DNA from: Octopus sinensis
Lineage: Eukaryota
Direction: 5' to 3'
Length of the DNA: 64,000 nucleotides
Assembly: GCF_006345805.1 (NCBI RefSeq)
Contig: NC_043022.1
Coordinates: forward strand, 24,490,001-24,554,000
Made by a program: the position numbers and the translations under genes. Under the pieces are notes generated by a model. It did no database searches. It was not told where the DNA came from and was given only the letters and a program-made list of their open reading frames with translations. Positions 25,425 to 38,485 of the stretch are shown here, one piece after another; the first letter of the stretch is position 1, and every line of letters starts with the position of its first letter.

Positions 25425-25592
25425 ACACACACACACACAATGTGTTCCTTTCAGTTTCCATCTACCAAATCCACTCACAAGGTTTTGGTTGGCCCAGATC
25501 TATAGTAGAAGAAACTTACCCAAGGTGCCACATGGTGGGATTGAACCCAGAACCATGTGGTTGGGAAGAACACTTCTTGCCTCACACAGTGA
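25425..25592 (-). mobile_element. Family A SINE 5' half
   Basis: ctttcagtttccatctaccaaatccactcacaagg...gtgggattgaacccagaaccatgtgg. Confidence 0.8.
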
Positions 25593-26480
25593 AAATTAAT
25601 TAAACTTAAAGGCTTCTATGATGGTGGGCGAACACCATACAATCAATTCTGTTTATAAGAACAAGATGTTAATCAATTTTGGATTTGGATATTTTTTTTT
25701 TATTTAACCTCAACAAATAATGTTTCTTTAATAAATTCTGTTGAGATAAACTTTTCACCCTTTTACAATATAATTTTTATGTTCCATTTAATATAATCTT
25801 TCAAGCTACGTCCACTTCAGTTTTATATTCCAACATTTTAATCCCCAAAAGGAAGGGTTACGTATGTAATTAAATTTATTTTGTTTAATATAATCATTTA
25901 AGTTCCTTTAGATGTTCAATCTGAGTTTTACAGTTGATTTTTGAACTGTTTAACAAAGATGTTCCTGATTTTCTTTCAAAGTATTTATATATTTTAGTGC
26001 TTTTCTATACTTTACAGCCCTTTGATAAAACAGACATTCTTTTCTTTTTATAGTTTTGTAACTCTTGACTTATGCTTCACTGCTTGTAACTTCTCCAAGT
26101 CGCACAAGCAGAGCTGTATCCTTTAAGCCTAAACATTAACAAGCTAGTTACCATAAATATTGTCTGTATTCAGTCAATATAAGAAATATATGATTAGATT
26201 CATTACAAATAGAGAGAGTTAGGATCAGTGGAGCCATAAGTTGATAGGTCAGACTAGATGTTAAAGGTCCATCTTTTATCTTTTACTTGTTTAAGTCATT
26301 GGACTGTGGCCATGCTGGGGTACTGCCTTGAAGGGTTTAGTCAAACAAATTCACTCTTGTACTTGTTTTATTCTTTTTTTTTTTTTTAAGCCTGGTACTT
26401 GTGCCACACAGTGGGACTGAACCTGAAACCATGGAAAACAAGCCTTTTAACCATGCAGCTATACTTGTGTCTTCTACCAA

Positions 26481-26649
26481 GTAATACCTATGCCTTTCGT
26501 GCAGCCATGCGTGTGTGTGTGTGTGTGTGTGTGTGTAAATAAGCACACACTCAAAGTGAGAGAGAGAGTGTCTGTATATGTATGTCATTTTTTTATGAAA
26601 ATAGTAAAAAAACTGTTCGTGGTAGAATGTGTAAAGTCGTCTTTGTGAC

Positions 26650-26686
<37 letters not shown>

Positions 26687-26850
26687 GCGTGTAATACCTA
26701 TGCCTTCCGTGTAGCCGTGTGTGTAAATAAGCACACACTCAAAGTGAGAGAGAGAGTCTGTATATGTATGTCATTTTTTTATGAAAATAGTAAAAAAACT
26801 GTTTGTGGTAGAATGTGTAAAGTCATCTTTGTGTGAGAGAGTGTGTGTGT
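26481..26850. repeat. Tandem duplication (~210 bp unit bounded by TG tracts)
   Basis: gtaatacctatgcct...aaataagcacacactcaaagtgagag...gtagaatgtgtaaagtc starts at 26481 and 26691. Confidence 0.85.
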
Positions 26851-27175
26851 GTGTGTATGTGTGCACATGAACGTGCACACACTTGCATGCATACTCTGTA
26901 TTTGAAGCCAGAGCATTCCCATCTTGAAATCTGTTTTCTTATCCGTCACAATGATCAAGGCCCAGCATCCAAAATATCAATGAATAAAAAACTTGACATA
27001 GACTCAATCCTCTGGTTTACTTAGCTATACTTATACACAATTCACGGAAACTGTTCATGCTCAGAGGGTCTCAATCACGATTCAATTTCAGCAACAAATT
27101 CCCAGATTAACAAGACTCGCCTGTATTTGAACTCACAAGACATCAGCTGGGTTACTTTAGTATTCTATGTCCACT

Positions 27176-27231
27176 TACTCTTTTACTTGTTTCAGTCATT
27201 TGACTGTGGCCATGCTGGAGCACTGCCTTTT
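27176..27231 (-). mobile_element. Isolated 3' tail of family A SINE
   Basis: tactcttttacttgtttcagtcatttgactgtggccatgctggagcactgccttt. Confidence 0.88.
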
Positions 27232-27243
27232 AAAAATACGTTG

Positions 27244-27316
27244 CGCCCAACGTTGGGCTCGAACCCACGACCCCAAGATTAAGAGTCTCGTGCTCTACCG
27301 ACTGAGCTAGCCAGTT
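27244..27316 (-). pseudogene. tRNA-Lys-CTT: tRNA-Lys(CTT) pseudogene, first four acceptor-stem bases lost
   Basis: Minus strand aactGGCTAGCTCAGTCGGTAGAGCACGAGACTCTTAATCTTGGGGTCGTGGGTTCGAGCCCAACGTTGGGCG is nearly identical to metazoan tRNA-Lys-CTT. The 5' GCCC is replaced by AACT and the T-stem has one mismatch. Confidence 0.88.
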
Positions 27317-28017
27317 ACACATTCTATTTAGTTCCACAACAGTACCTCATTACATCAATGCTAACAGCTCCAATGACAACATCACTTCTGCAACCACCAA
27401 CAACGACATGCTAATAAAGAATGAAGGTTGTAGAGAGTTGCTGCTAAGGGAATTTCAGCATATAAATTACTCCTGCCAGAGGAAACTGATTTGCCGTATA
27501 ATTTATATAGCAGCAGATTATTAGAGAGAAAAAGGAAGGTGGGGGGGCTTGACATTTCCATTAGGGTCCTCGTTTATATAATAGCACTTCAAGCTAAACT
27601 CTGGGAAATCTAACAAAATTTATCAACCGCCACCAAATACAGAGAAAGCACATCTAGTGGCTAACAAACTCCCCAAGACTATAATAATTAAGGCTTTCAA
27701 ATCTCAGTACAAGGCCAGCAATTTCAAGGGAGGGCTCAAGTCGATTACATCGATTCCAGTGCTCAGCTGGTACTTATTTTATCAACCCTGGAAGAACAAA
27801 ACAAGAACAGTTTCTAACATAATGACTAGGCCAGAAAATTTTACAGGAGCGGTGGAGGGTAGGTGGGAATTAAGTCAAACTGAATATTTGACTGATATTT
27901 TATTTTATTGATCCAAGAGGAATGAAAGGTAAACCTTGATGGGATTTGAACTTAGAATGTAGGAGGCCAGAAGACATTTTTGTGACACAAACGACCCTAT
28001 TAATCTATTTATTGCCA

Positions 28018-28245
28018 TTAACCCTTTCGTTACAAACCCGGCCAAAACCGTCTCTGGCTCTGAGTACAAATATCTTGTTTTCATAAGTTTTGAATTAAAA
28101 TCTTCCACCAAACCTTAGTCACAATTTATGTTCCTAACACCAGCTGAATGATAACTAAGTTATTTTACTAAAGTCTTTATTATATTTAAAGTAATTGAAA
28201 GAAATACAGAGCATCTCAAAATAAATACAGTAACGAAAGGGTTAA
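28018..28245 (-). mobile_element. Family E MITE, complete with perfect TIRs
   Basis: TTAACCCTTTCGTTAC (28018-28033) and GTAACGAAAGGGTTAA (28230-28245). Confidence 0.92.
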
Positions 28246-28827
28246 TAATAATAATTTGCTCATACATCAACAGATATAATGTTAATACAGTCCAACAGGA
28301 ATATGTACAATATTCTATACATGAATAAGACAAACATTAAACACACAGTGTTTAAACAACTTAAGGAGAGAAATAATAATTGTTTTCTAATTCAGGTACA
28401 AACCTAGTATTGTACCTAAATTGATGAGGATATCAATGTGGCTTGGGTGAAAGGGTACTAATGTGATTCATAAAGAGGGTAGTACTGACTGGTATGGCTT
28501 AATGGAGAGGGTAATTGTATATTTCAGAATGGATGCAAACTGGAAGTGTTCTCATGTTTCAACAAAGAGCTCCTCACAACCCACTTATAACTAGATATGC
28601 CTAAATAACCTCTTACGATTGACTACACCACAACAATACATTAGGGGATATCATCAATATAAATAGCTAAATCAAAAGGAAGATTTTCACAGGGGTCACA
28701 CGACCTGCCAGAGAAAGCAGTTAAAATCTGTCTCAAATCACACACAAGAAATTAAAATAGAAGAACAGAACAAGGACCATGGATCTGGTGGGCTTGGTTA
28801 CACTTAATATCTAAGAAGACGATAGGG

Positions 28828-29030
28828 TGTTGAGCTGGCAGAATTGTTAACACAACAAGCAAAATGTTTAGCAGTATTTTGTCCACTTTTATGTTCTGAG
28901 TTCCACCAAGGTTGACTTGGCTTTTCATCCATTTTGGGAGTCAATAAAATAAGTACCAGCTGAACATTGGGGTTGATGTAATTGACTTAGCCCCCTTGAA
29001 ATTGCCGGCTTTGTACCAAAATTTGAAACC
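28828..29030 (+). mobile_element. Family C SINE
   Basis: gagctggcagaattgttaac...gttctgagttccaccaaggttgacttggcttttcatcc...gaaattgccggctttgtaccaaaatttgaaacc. Confidence 0.78.
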
Positions 29031-29560
29031 GATATCTAAGAAGATAGGATAAATCACAGTTAAAATGTCTCAGATCATAGCTTTTCATCCATTTTGGGAG
29101 TCAATAAAATAAGTACCAACTGAACACTGGGGTTGATGCAATTGACTTAGCCCCCTTGAAATTGCCGGCTTTGTACCAAAATTTGAAACCGATATCTAAG
29201 AAGATAGGATAAATCACAGTTAAAATGTCTCAGATCATAGCTTTTCATCCATTTTGGGAGTCAATAAAATAAGTACCAACTGAACACTGGGGTTGATGCA
29301 ATTGACTTAGCCCCCTTGAAATTGCCGGCTTTGTACCAAAATTTGAAACCGATATCTAAGAAGATAGGATAAATCACAGTTAAAATGTCTCAGATCATAG
29401 CTTTTCATCCATTTTGGGAGTCAATAAAATAAGTACCAACTGAACACTGGGGTTGATGCAATTGACTTAGCCCCCTTGAAATTGCCGGCTTTGTACCAAA
29501 ATTTGAAACCAATATCTAAGAAGATAGGATAAATACAGTTAAAATGTCTCTGATCATACA
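28921..29560. repeat. Tandem array, 4 x 160 bp
   Basis: cttttcatccattttgggag starts at 28921, 29081, 29241 and 29401. Confidence 0.97.
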
Positions 29561-30149
29561 TAGCTCTACTCAATCAAGGCTGACCTAGGGTTAAATAAAC
29601 AACAGAGAGCGGATGATAAGTGCCAAATCAACATCTATGGACATGAACCATAACAGACAGAATATAGAGGAATGGTGAGGATACAGCCAGGTAGAGTACA
29701 AGACTGATGATGTAGGGGATACCTGGAGAGGAAGTGACTGAAAACAGAGAAACACTTGGTGGGGTATCAACTAGAGAGAGGCGGAGAGGTATTTGGTGAT
29801 GTAAACTCTAAAGATGTAGAGTGTTTGGCAAGCTTATGTCATCAATATGGTATCAGCCATGTCTGGCTGTGGTGCACTGTACAGCTAGTCTGGGAGATGT
29901 TTCTCAACAATATATGTAGCTGTTCTTATCAACATCATCACTGAATATTTTACACGCTCTCTGGTGTATAGAAGACATGCTGTACATAGTTTATGTTAGA
30001 ACAAACCTTAATCATTTATCTACATCTACATCATCACAGAAAGGTGTAAAATTCCCAGAAACTACAGTCATCGTTAGAATACATTACTGCTGCCTACTTC
30101 TTATCATGTATGTCAATGTTTGTATCCACGTATGTCTAAGACATACATA

Positions 30150-31319
30150 TACACGTACTGATATATACATATATATATATATACATATATACACACACAC
30201 ACACACATGTACATAGAAACAGATATGTATACAGACACATATACATACAGGCACACACACATACGTACATATAGACACTACATAAACACATACGTACAGA
30301 CACATATACATGTACACAAACACATGCATATATACACATGTACAGACACATATACATACAGGCACTCACACACACACACACATACATACATATAGACATT
30401 ACATAAACACATACATACAGACACATACACATGTACACAAACATACATATATATACACACGTAGACACATATACATACAGGCACACACAAACACACACAT
30501 ATAGACACTACATAAACACATACATACAGACATATACATGTACACAAACACACATATATATACACGTACAGACACATATACATACAGGCACACACACACA
30601 CATACATACATACATACAGACACAAACACACATATATACACAAGTACAGACACATAGACATACATATTATAAACATACTTATACACTTATACACAAATAT
30701 ACATCATACATACATCCACCCACATACACACACACACACACACATACACAAACACCCACATATATACACAAGTACAGACACACATACAAACATATTATAA
30801 ACATACTTATACACTTATACATCATCCATACATCCACCCACATACACACACACACACACACACACATACATACATATAGACATTACATAAACACATACAT
30901 ACAGACACATACACATGTACACAAACATACATATATATACACACGTAGACACATATACATACAGGCACACACAAACACACACATATAGACACTACATAAA
31001 CACATACATACAGACATATACATGTACACAAACACACATATATATACACGTACAGACACATATACATACAGGCACACACACACACATACATACATACATA
31101 CAGACACAAACACACATATATACACAAGTACAGACACATAGACATACATATTATAAACATACTTATACACTTATACACAATATACATCATACATACATCC
31201 ACCACAACACACACACACACACACATACACAAACACCCACATATATACACAAGTACAGACACACATACAAACATATTATAAACATACTTATACACTTATA
31301 CATCATCCATACATCCACC

Positions 31320-31356
<37 letters not shown>

Positions 31357-31375
31357 ATTTATATACATATACAAA
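30150..31375. repeat. Cryptic CA/TA low-complexity block with a 484-bp tandem duplication
   Basis: tatagacattacataaacac at 30391 and 30875; catacttatacac at 30674 and 31158. Confidence 0.9.
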
Positions 31376-31799
31376 CGTGAGTGTGTGTGTGTGTGCCTAT
31401 AGAATAGATGCATGTTCTACAAACAGATGGCAGAGAGGAAATAGTGTGTAGTACAGAACAGTGAAGAGAATATTAACTAAAAGACACAAGACTTGATTTT
31501 CTCCTTCTTTCTCCATCAACTTAATGGAATAACTTATTTAATAAAACACAACAAAAAAGAAAAGAAACAGAGTGTAGAGTACATGAGCAAACGAGGAAAG
31601 AGAGAAGGAGAGAGACAGAGGGAGAGAGAGAAAGAAAGGAAGTGAAGAAGAAGAAAATAAAAAGAAACCTACAGTGGCAAGCATGAGGGTATGTACATTA
31701 GGCAGGAATGCATATTAACACATTTTTTAAATTTCAAAAATGTTATTGAGCCTCAAATGTCTGAATTGTGCATGAATGAGTTTGTAATTAACACCATCA

Positions 31800-32124
31800 T
31801 CATCACTGACACCACCACAAGTACTACTACTACTACTACCACCACCACCACCACTAATATTACTATTTCACCGCAACTACTACTACCACCACCACTACAA
31901 CGACTACCACCACCACCACTACTGCTACTACCACCACTACCACCACTACTACTACTACTACCATCACCACCACCACCACTAATATTACTATTTCACCGCA
32001 ACTACTACTACTACTACCACCACCACCACCACCACCACACTACTACTACTACTACCATCACCACCACCACCACCACTAATATTACTATTTCACCGCAACT
32101 ACTACTACTACTACCACCACCACC

Positions 32125-32157
<33 letters not shown>

Positions 32158-32180
32158 GCCACCACTACCACACCACTCAC
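31800..32180. repeat. (CAC/TAC)n array with three copies of a ctaatattactatttcaccgcaac spacer
   Basis: Direct reading; spacer at about 31855, 31980 and 32076. Confidence 0.9.
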
Positions 32181-32954
32181 CATTTCTTACCACAAAAACA
32201 CTCAAACATGTAACTTTATACAAAAAGGATTCCAGACTACCACCACCAAACCAGCCAGTAACCATTAACACCATTGCTGTTGCTGGTTTTTTTTTAGGTA
32301 TTGCTGCTGCTCCTTTAGAAACGGTCAGACCTGTTCCAGCTAACTGTTTTCTGCTGGCTGCCAGAAGGAAAGGCCATCATGAAGCTTTGGAACACCACTC
32401 CAACTACTTTTAGCAGTTTTTAATATTCTATGAAGGTGCTGCTTGCAGGAAAAAACAAACAAACAAAAAAAAACAAAAACAAAAAAACACCCGAAGAGCT
32501 CCCAAAGAATTTTCTAGACATTTTCTACACTTGCCTTTTAATTACAGGAATTTCTTTATTTAGTTGTAGTTTGTTTGCTTTTTATAATTTTTATTCTAGT
32601 GTTTGGCTTATAGGGGGAAAAAAAACAAACAAACGCAAAATAACAAAAGCTCAAAACAACCCAATTCTCCTCCCTGTTACTTTCTTGAGACCCCCAAGGA
32701 GGGAGATTAACAGGCATAGTGTGTGGCATGAGAAAAACAATGGTACATGATGAGTGCTTTCATCTACAAATGAAGTCATCGCTGTTTCAAAAAGCTTGTC
32801 TTATTAAAATAAAAGCTGATAGCATCAGTTGGATGATGATGATGATGATGATAACAATGATGATGATGATGAGCATGATGATCCTGCAGTCAAGTTTGCC
32901 AGCTACAACAGACAGAGCAGCACATCTGTCCTGAGCATGGAACACATTTGTATT

Positions 32955-33040
32955 GTGGAGGCACATGGCCTAGTGGTTAGAGCAGCGGACTCGCGGCCGA
33001 TGGATCACGGGTTCGAATCTCAGACCGGGTGATGTGTGTG
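32955..33040 (+). mobile_element. Family B SINE tRNA-like head only
   Basis: gtggaggcacatggcctagtggttagagcagcggactcgcgg...gggttcgaatctcagaccggg. Confidence 0.85.
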
Positions 33041-34288
33041 TTGTGGTTGTGAAGCAAATTTCTTACTACCCAGTCACAAGCAAAATCTAAAGAGATCATG
33101 ACACAAAAGACTATCTAAAAAGCTCAATGGCTCACAAATATATTAAACCTGAAATTTTTTTAGAAAAGGTCCAAGACCCTGGACATAGATATTCTTTTAC
33201 TTGTTCAAGGAGAGAGCAATACTGTTTGATTGTGATGACAAATTTATTATGATTTATGATTGATAAAGTGACTGTCTCAGTCATATGTTGTACTATGTAC
33301 ATCGTAGTTAGTTGTTAAGTCCAAGTTAATTCTGAAGAAAACTACGATCTAAGGCATTCCATTCATAACCATCTCCTCTTTTATGGACTATCTAGAAATA
33401 CAATATCAAATCTGCAGCCATTTTTTGAGATGGTAGAATATATTGATCTGCGAGTGATTTGGCTGCTATTTTTAGTATGTTGAACAATCACATTAGAGAC
33501 CCCTTCACTGGCTTGTTTTTTTATATACAAATATTTGTTGATATACATGTGTACATATATGCATGTACACTTCTGTGACACACACACACACACACACACA
33601 CACACTCAGGATCCTCTACATGAAAAAAAAAAAAAAAAAAAGAAAACAGAAATAATCTGATTTAACCATTAATGGCAACTGTAAATTCCTTAATTCCCAG
33701 AGTGTCAATCACAGAAAAAGGATTAAAGGGGGGAAAAAGTTGGAAAGGAGGGAGGGTTCTGAGTCAACAGTTCAATGTCAATACCAAAATACCAACAGCT
33801 GCACTAAATTATTAGAGAGCAACCTGAAATATAGTGCTACACACTCTAGATGTAGATTTAGCTTTTGAAATTAAGTTAATTCTCCTGAATTTCTTACAAA
33901 TGAATAAATGGAATGCTGTGGCATTCATGCCTCTCACACACACACACAAATACTCTCCTTCTCTCTAAAAGAATTAACAAATAAGAGTGTGAACAGCACA
34001 AATTAAGAACTGATTAGTGGGCATAAGCTTTCCTAGGAAGCAGTCAAATACCCTTCAAACCCCACCACGTCATCTTAGAATAAGAAAAGGCACATGGGAT
34101 AATGCAGTCCTGATAACATATATGTGTGTGTGTATGTGTGTTATATTTCTTTGTCATCTCATTTTCTTAATACTGCTCTGTACTCGACTAATGCTTCCTT
34201 CTACAGCATATATATACTGAGTTCTACAACAGGTTATTAATCTCACAATGCTTAAACGAAATATATATATACATATATATATATATTA

Positions 34289-34757
34289 ACATCATCATCA
34301 TTGTTTAACGTCCGTTTTCCATGCTAGCACAAGTTGTACGGTTCAACCGGGGTCTGGGAAGCCAGGAGGCTGCACCAGGCTCCAGTCTGATCTGGCAGTG
34401 TTTCTACAGCTGGATGCCCTTCCTAACACCAACCACTCCATGAGTGTAGTGGGTGCTTTTTACCTGCCACCGGCACAGAAGCCAGTCAAGGCGGCGCTGG
34501 CATCGGCCACGTTCGGATGGTGCTTTTTATGTGTCACCAGCACAGAAGCCAGTCAAGGCGGCGCTGGCATCGGCCACGATCGGATGGTGCTTTTTATGTG
34601 TCACCAGCACAGAAGCCAGTCAAGGCGGAGCTGGCATCGGCCACGTTCGGATGGTGCTTTTTACGTGTCACCAGCACAGAAGCCAGTCAAGGCGGTGCTG
34701 GCATCGGCCACATTTGGATGGTGCTTTTTATGTGCCACCAGCACAGGTATCACACAG
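34289..34757 (-). mobile_element. Family D copy with internal 4 x 67 bp array (34473-34746)
   Basis: gcacagaagccagtcaaggcgg starts at 34473, 34540, 34607 and 34674. Confidence 0.88.
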
Positions 34758-34939
34758 GTATATATATATATATATGTTAATTACAGATACCTCTGTGCTT
34801 TTTAGCACTATACATCCTATATAAGATGCTTTCCCAAGATGGATATAGTGTAAGAAAGCCACAATACTACAGTATTCCTGTTAAGTAAGATGTACAAACC
34901 CATACAAAAACAGAAAAGTGAGTGTTAAATAATAATGAT

Positions 34940-35475
34940 TGAGATCTTTGGCAATGTGCCATGCTTGAGAAGACCTATTAAGTCAACTGAGATCATAGTT
35001 GTGACTGATACCAGTGTCGTGTAGCTGGCCCATTAAAAGTACCCCGCAATCATTGGGCAATATGCTGTGCTTGCGAAGACCTGTTGAGCCGAGCGAAATC
35101 GTAATCGTGGCCAATGTCAGTGCCATCTGACTGGCACCTGTGCTGGTAGCATGTAAAAAACATCATTTGAGCATTGGGCCTTATGGAGGCAATGACTGAG
35201 ACCTTTGGCTTGATGTCGTGCTTCAGAAGAAGACTCATCAAGCCGAGCAAAATAGCAGTCGTGGAAGATACCGGTGTCACACAAATAGCACCTGTGTCGG
35301 TGGCACGTAAAAGCACCCATTACACTCTCGGATTGGTTGGCGTTAGGAAGAGCATCCAGCTGTAGAAAACTATGCCAAATCAGACTGGAGTCTGGTGTAG
35401 CCTTCCAGCTTACCAGCCCTGGTCAAACCCTCCAACCCATGCCAGCATGAACAACGGATGTGAAATGATGATGAT
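34940..35475 (+). mobile_element. Family D copy, longer, opposite orientation
   Basis: ...gtggcacgtaaaagcacccattacactctcggattggttggcgttaggaagagcatccagctgtag...catgaacaacggatgtgaaatgatgatgat; upstream imperfect cttgagaagacct...gtcgtgg sub-repeats. Confidence 0.82.
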
Positions 35476-35501
35476 ATATAAACATATATAAGTAGGTGTG
35501 C

Positions 35502-35537
<36 letters not shown>

Positions 35538-35948
35538 TATATATACATATATATATGTATGTGTGGATGTATGCATACATATATCTATTAGTGTATCTTT
35601 GTGTTTGTTCTTGTCCCTCACAACCACATGACAACCGGTGTTGGTTTGTTTACACCCCCATAACATGGCAGTTTGGCAAATGAAGTACGAGGCTTTGAAA
35701 AGAAAATAAGTACTGAGGTTGAGTTGTTCAATCAAACTCTTCAAAGCAGTGTGCCCCAGTATGGCCACAGTCCTATGACTAAAAAACAAGTCACAAGATA
35801 CTAGTTATTTTATAGAATGCAGAGATTATGAAAAAACAACAACAACAAAAACAACAAACAAAAATGAAATCTGAAAACTGAAATCAGCTAAATTTAAATA
35901 TGTAAACTTATAAAACAGCAAACGTAGTGTTTTGAAACACTCTGACCT

Positions 35949-35982
<34 letters not shown>

Positions 35983-36244
35983 GACTACGACTACTACTAC
36001 TACAATGATTACAATGGCTCAGAAACCACTGAAATGTCTTGGGAAAAGCAGAGAGTCTCTTCTTTCTAAATTGAGAATTTCAATGATGTGAATGTCTTAT
36101 AGTCATTCCATTTTTCCCTGTGACAAATATCGTTCATTATCTGAACCTATGCACAATAGAAGTCGAAATACGAGCTTCTGCCTTATGAATATTACATCTA
36201 TGTACTTAACTCTTCTGTTTCACAATAAACACGGATATAAAACA

Positions 36245-36770
36245 GGCACACACACACACACACACACATCCTCTTACACACCAGCATGCAGATATACACA
36301 AAATATACCTACATACACATATACATACACACATACATATACCAACACTTACACTCACACACATATATGTTTATATACATACATATGTATATATACATAC
36401 ATACATATATACACATGCACACACACATATGTATATAAATACACACATATACATACATACACACATATATACAAACACACACACACATACACACAATGTT
36501 TTTATACATACATATGTATATATACATACATACATATATACACATGCACACACACACACACATATATATATACATAAATACACACATACATACACACATA
36601 TATACAAACACACACAGATACACATGATTACACACATACACAATGTTTTTATACATACATATATATACATACATACACATGCACACACATATTTATATAT
36701 ACATAAATACACACATACACACACATACACACATATATACATACATACAAATACACACACACACACTTCT
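36245..36770. repeat. CA/TA compound microsatellite with internal repeats (cacaatgtttttatac twice)
   Basis: Direct reading. Confidence 0.9.
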
Positions 36771-38019
36771 AAGTAAATGTATTTATGTAGCTAGATATGT
36801 ATGGATAAACCAACATACAACTCTTCACTGCGAGAGGTGTTTATGACAGTAGACTGTAGTTAATTAAAAACATTATATTTTAGCTGAAATCATCCACTTC
36901 CATCTTTAGGCTAAAATTATCCAAACTTGTGCCACACTATTCCACATGCAGACTTTATAAATCCCAAACTTTTTTTTTTTTTAATATATATATATATATT
37001 CTTCCCCTTCTCTCTGTCTCTCTCTCATTTTCAACCACCCCACTACACCTATATCAAATAACCTAGCAGCCGAAAGAAGACAGAAAAATTCTTCAACTTC
37101 AACTGACTTCCTTTCTGAAGGAAACACATCCTGTCTGTTGGAATCTAAACAATGAAACATTTGCACAGTGCTGTCAGTGCTAAGCAATTCCTCCTTTTAA
37201 GCAGCTAAATCAATTTTAGCAGTGAGAAGAAGCAAGCACTATCTTTCTTACTCCATACAGCCACCCCTCTTCAAACACCACCAAGAAGATACTGGCTGGC
37301 ACCACCAAACCTTGTTGTTCGACTTCTTTCTCTCTTTTAATTTGAAAACATATCTGCAGGGCCACAACAGCACATTATGAGAATCCATGTTGGGGTTTTT
37401 ATTTTTATTCATTTTTTTTTTTTGGTGTTTTTTTTTTCTCTCTCTCTTCTATTTTTCCTCCCCCTTTTTGTTTTTCTCAGAAGTAGCTTCAGCAAACATG
37501 CATCAGGTTTTCATTGAGTTTTAATACTATATTAGTTTTCAATAGTTATTGCACATTGACAAGAAACAAATCGCTTTCTCTCCTCGTTCAGAAACTGCAA
37601 TACACAAATGCATACTGTAATCTAACACACACACTCACACACACACACACACTATAAAATATGTGACATAGATACATGACATATACAGCATAATACATTC
37701 ATTCCACACATACACGTTCTACATTCCATTATGCATGTATATAATATACACACATTCCACACATATGCAACATAGATTCCATTACACACATGGAATATAT
37801 GCTCAAATCATATACATCTATACAATATACACAGGTACCTAAATATTTCATATGTATACATTTTATGTAGAACCACAATCAGGAAGTTATACATAGCATA
37901 ACATCACAATATATACACACACAATCACAGCATACATTTCACAAATACAGAACACCCACCCACAGTATTTTGTATATTTATATCATATCTACAAGAATAC
38001 ACCCACACACACACACTCA

Positions 38020-38376
38020 GGTGCAGGAGTGGCTGTGTGGTAAGTAGCTTGCTTACCAACAACATGGTTCTGGGTTCAGTCCCACTGCATGGCACCTTGG
38101 GCTGACCAAAGCTTCGTGAGTGGATTTGGTAGACAGAAACTGTAAGAAGCCCGTCATATATATATGTATATGTTTGTGTGACTGTGTTTGTCCGCCCACC
38201 CCAACATCGCTTAACAACCGATGCTGGTGTGTTTACGTCCCCGAAACTTAACGGTTCAGCAAAAGAGACTGATAGAATAAGTACTAGGCTTACAAAGAAT
38301 AAGTCCTGAGGTAGATTTGCTTGACTAAAGGCAGTGCTACAGCATGGCTGCAGTCAGATGACCGAAACAAATAAAA

Positions 38377-38378
<2 letters not shown>
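38020..38378 (+). mobile_element. Family A SINE
   Basis: ggtgcaggagtggctgtgtggtaagtagc ... cagtcagatgaccgaaacaaataaaaga. Confidence 0.9.
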
Positions 38379-38426
<48 letters not shown>

Positions 38427-38485
38427 CATATATATAATTCGCAATACATTCCCTACACACCTAGGACTTTGTTCATTCATAACAT

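Noticed and set aside
32955-33030. SINE heads (B, B2, A, C, G, H) as functional tRNA genes
   Set aside because: A and B boxes are present, but the acceptor stems do not close and they continue into SINE bodies.
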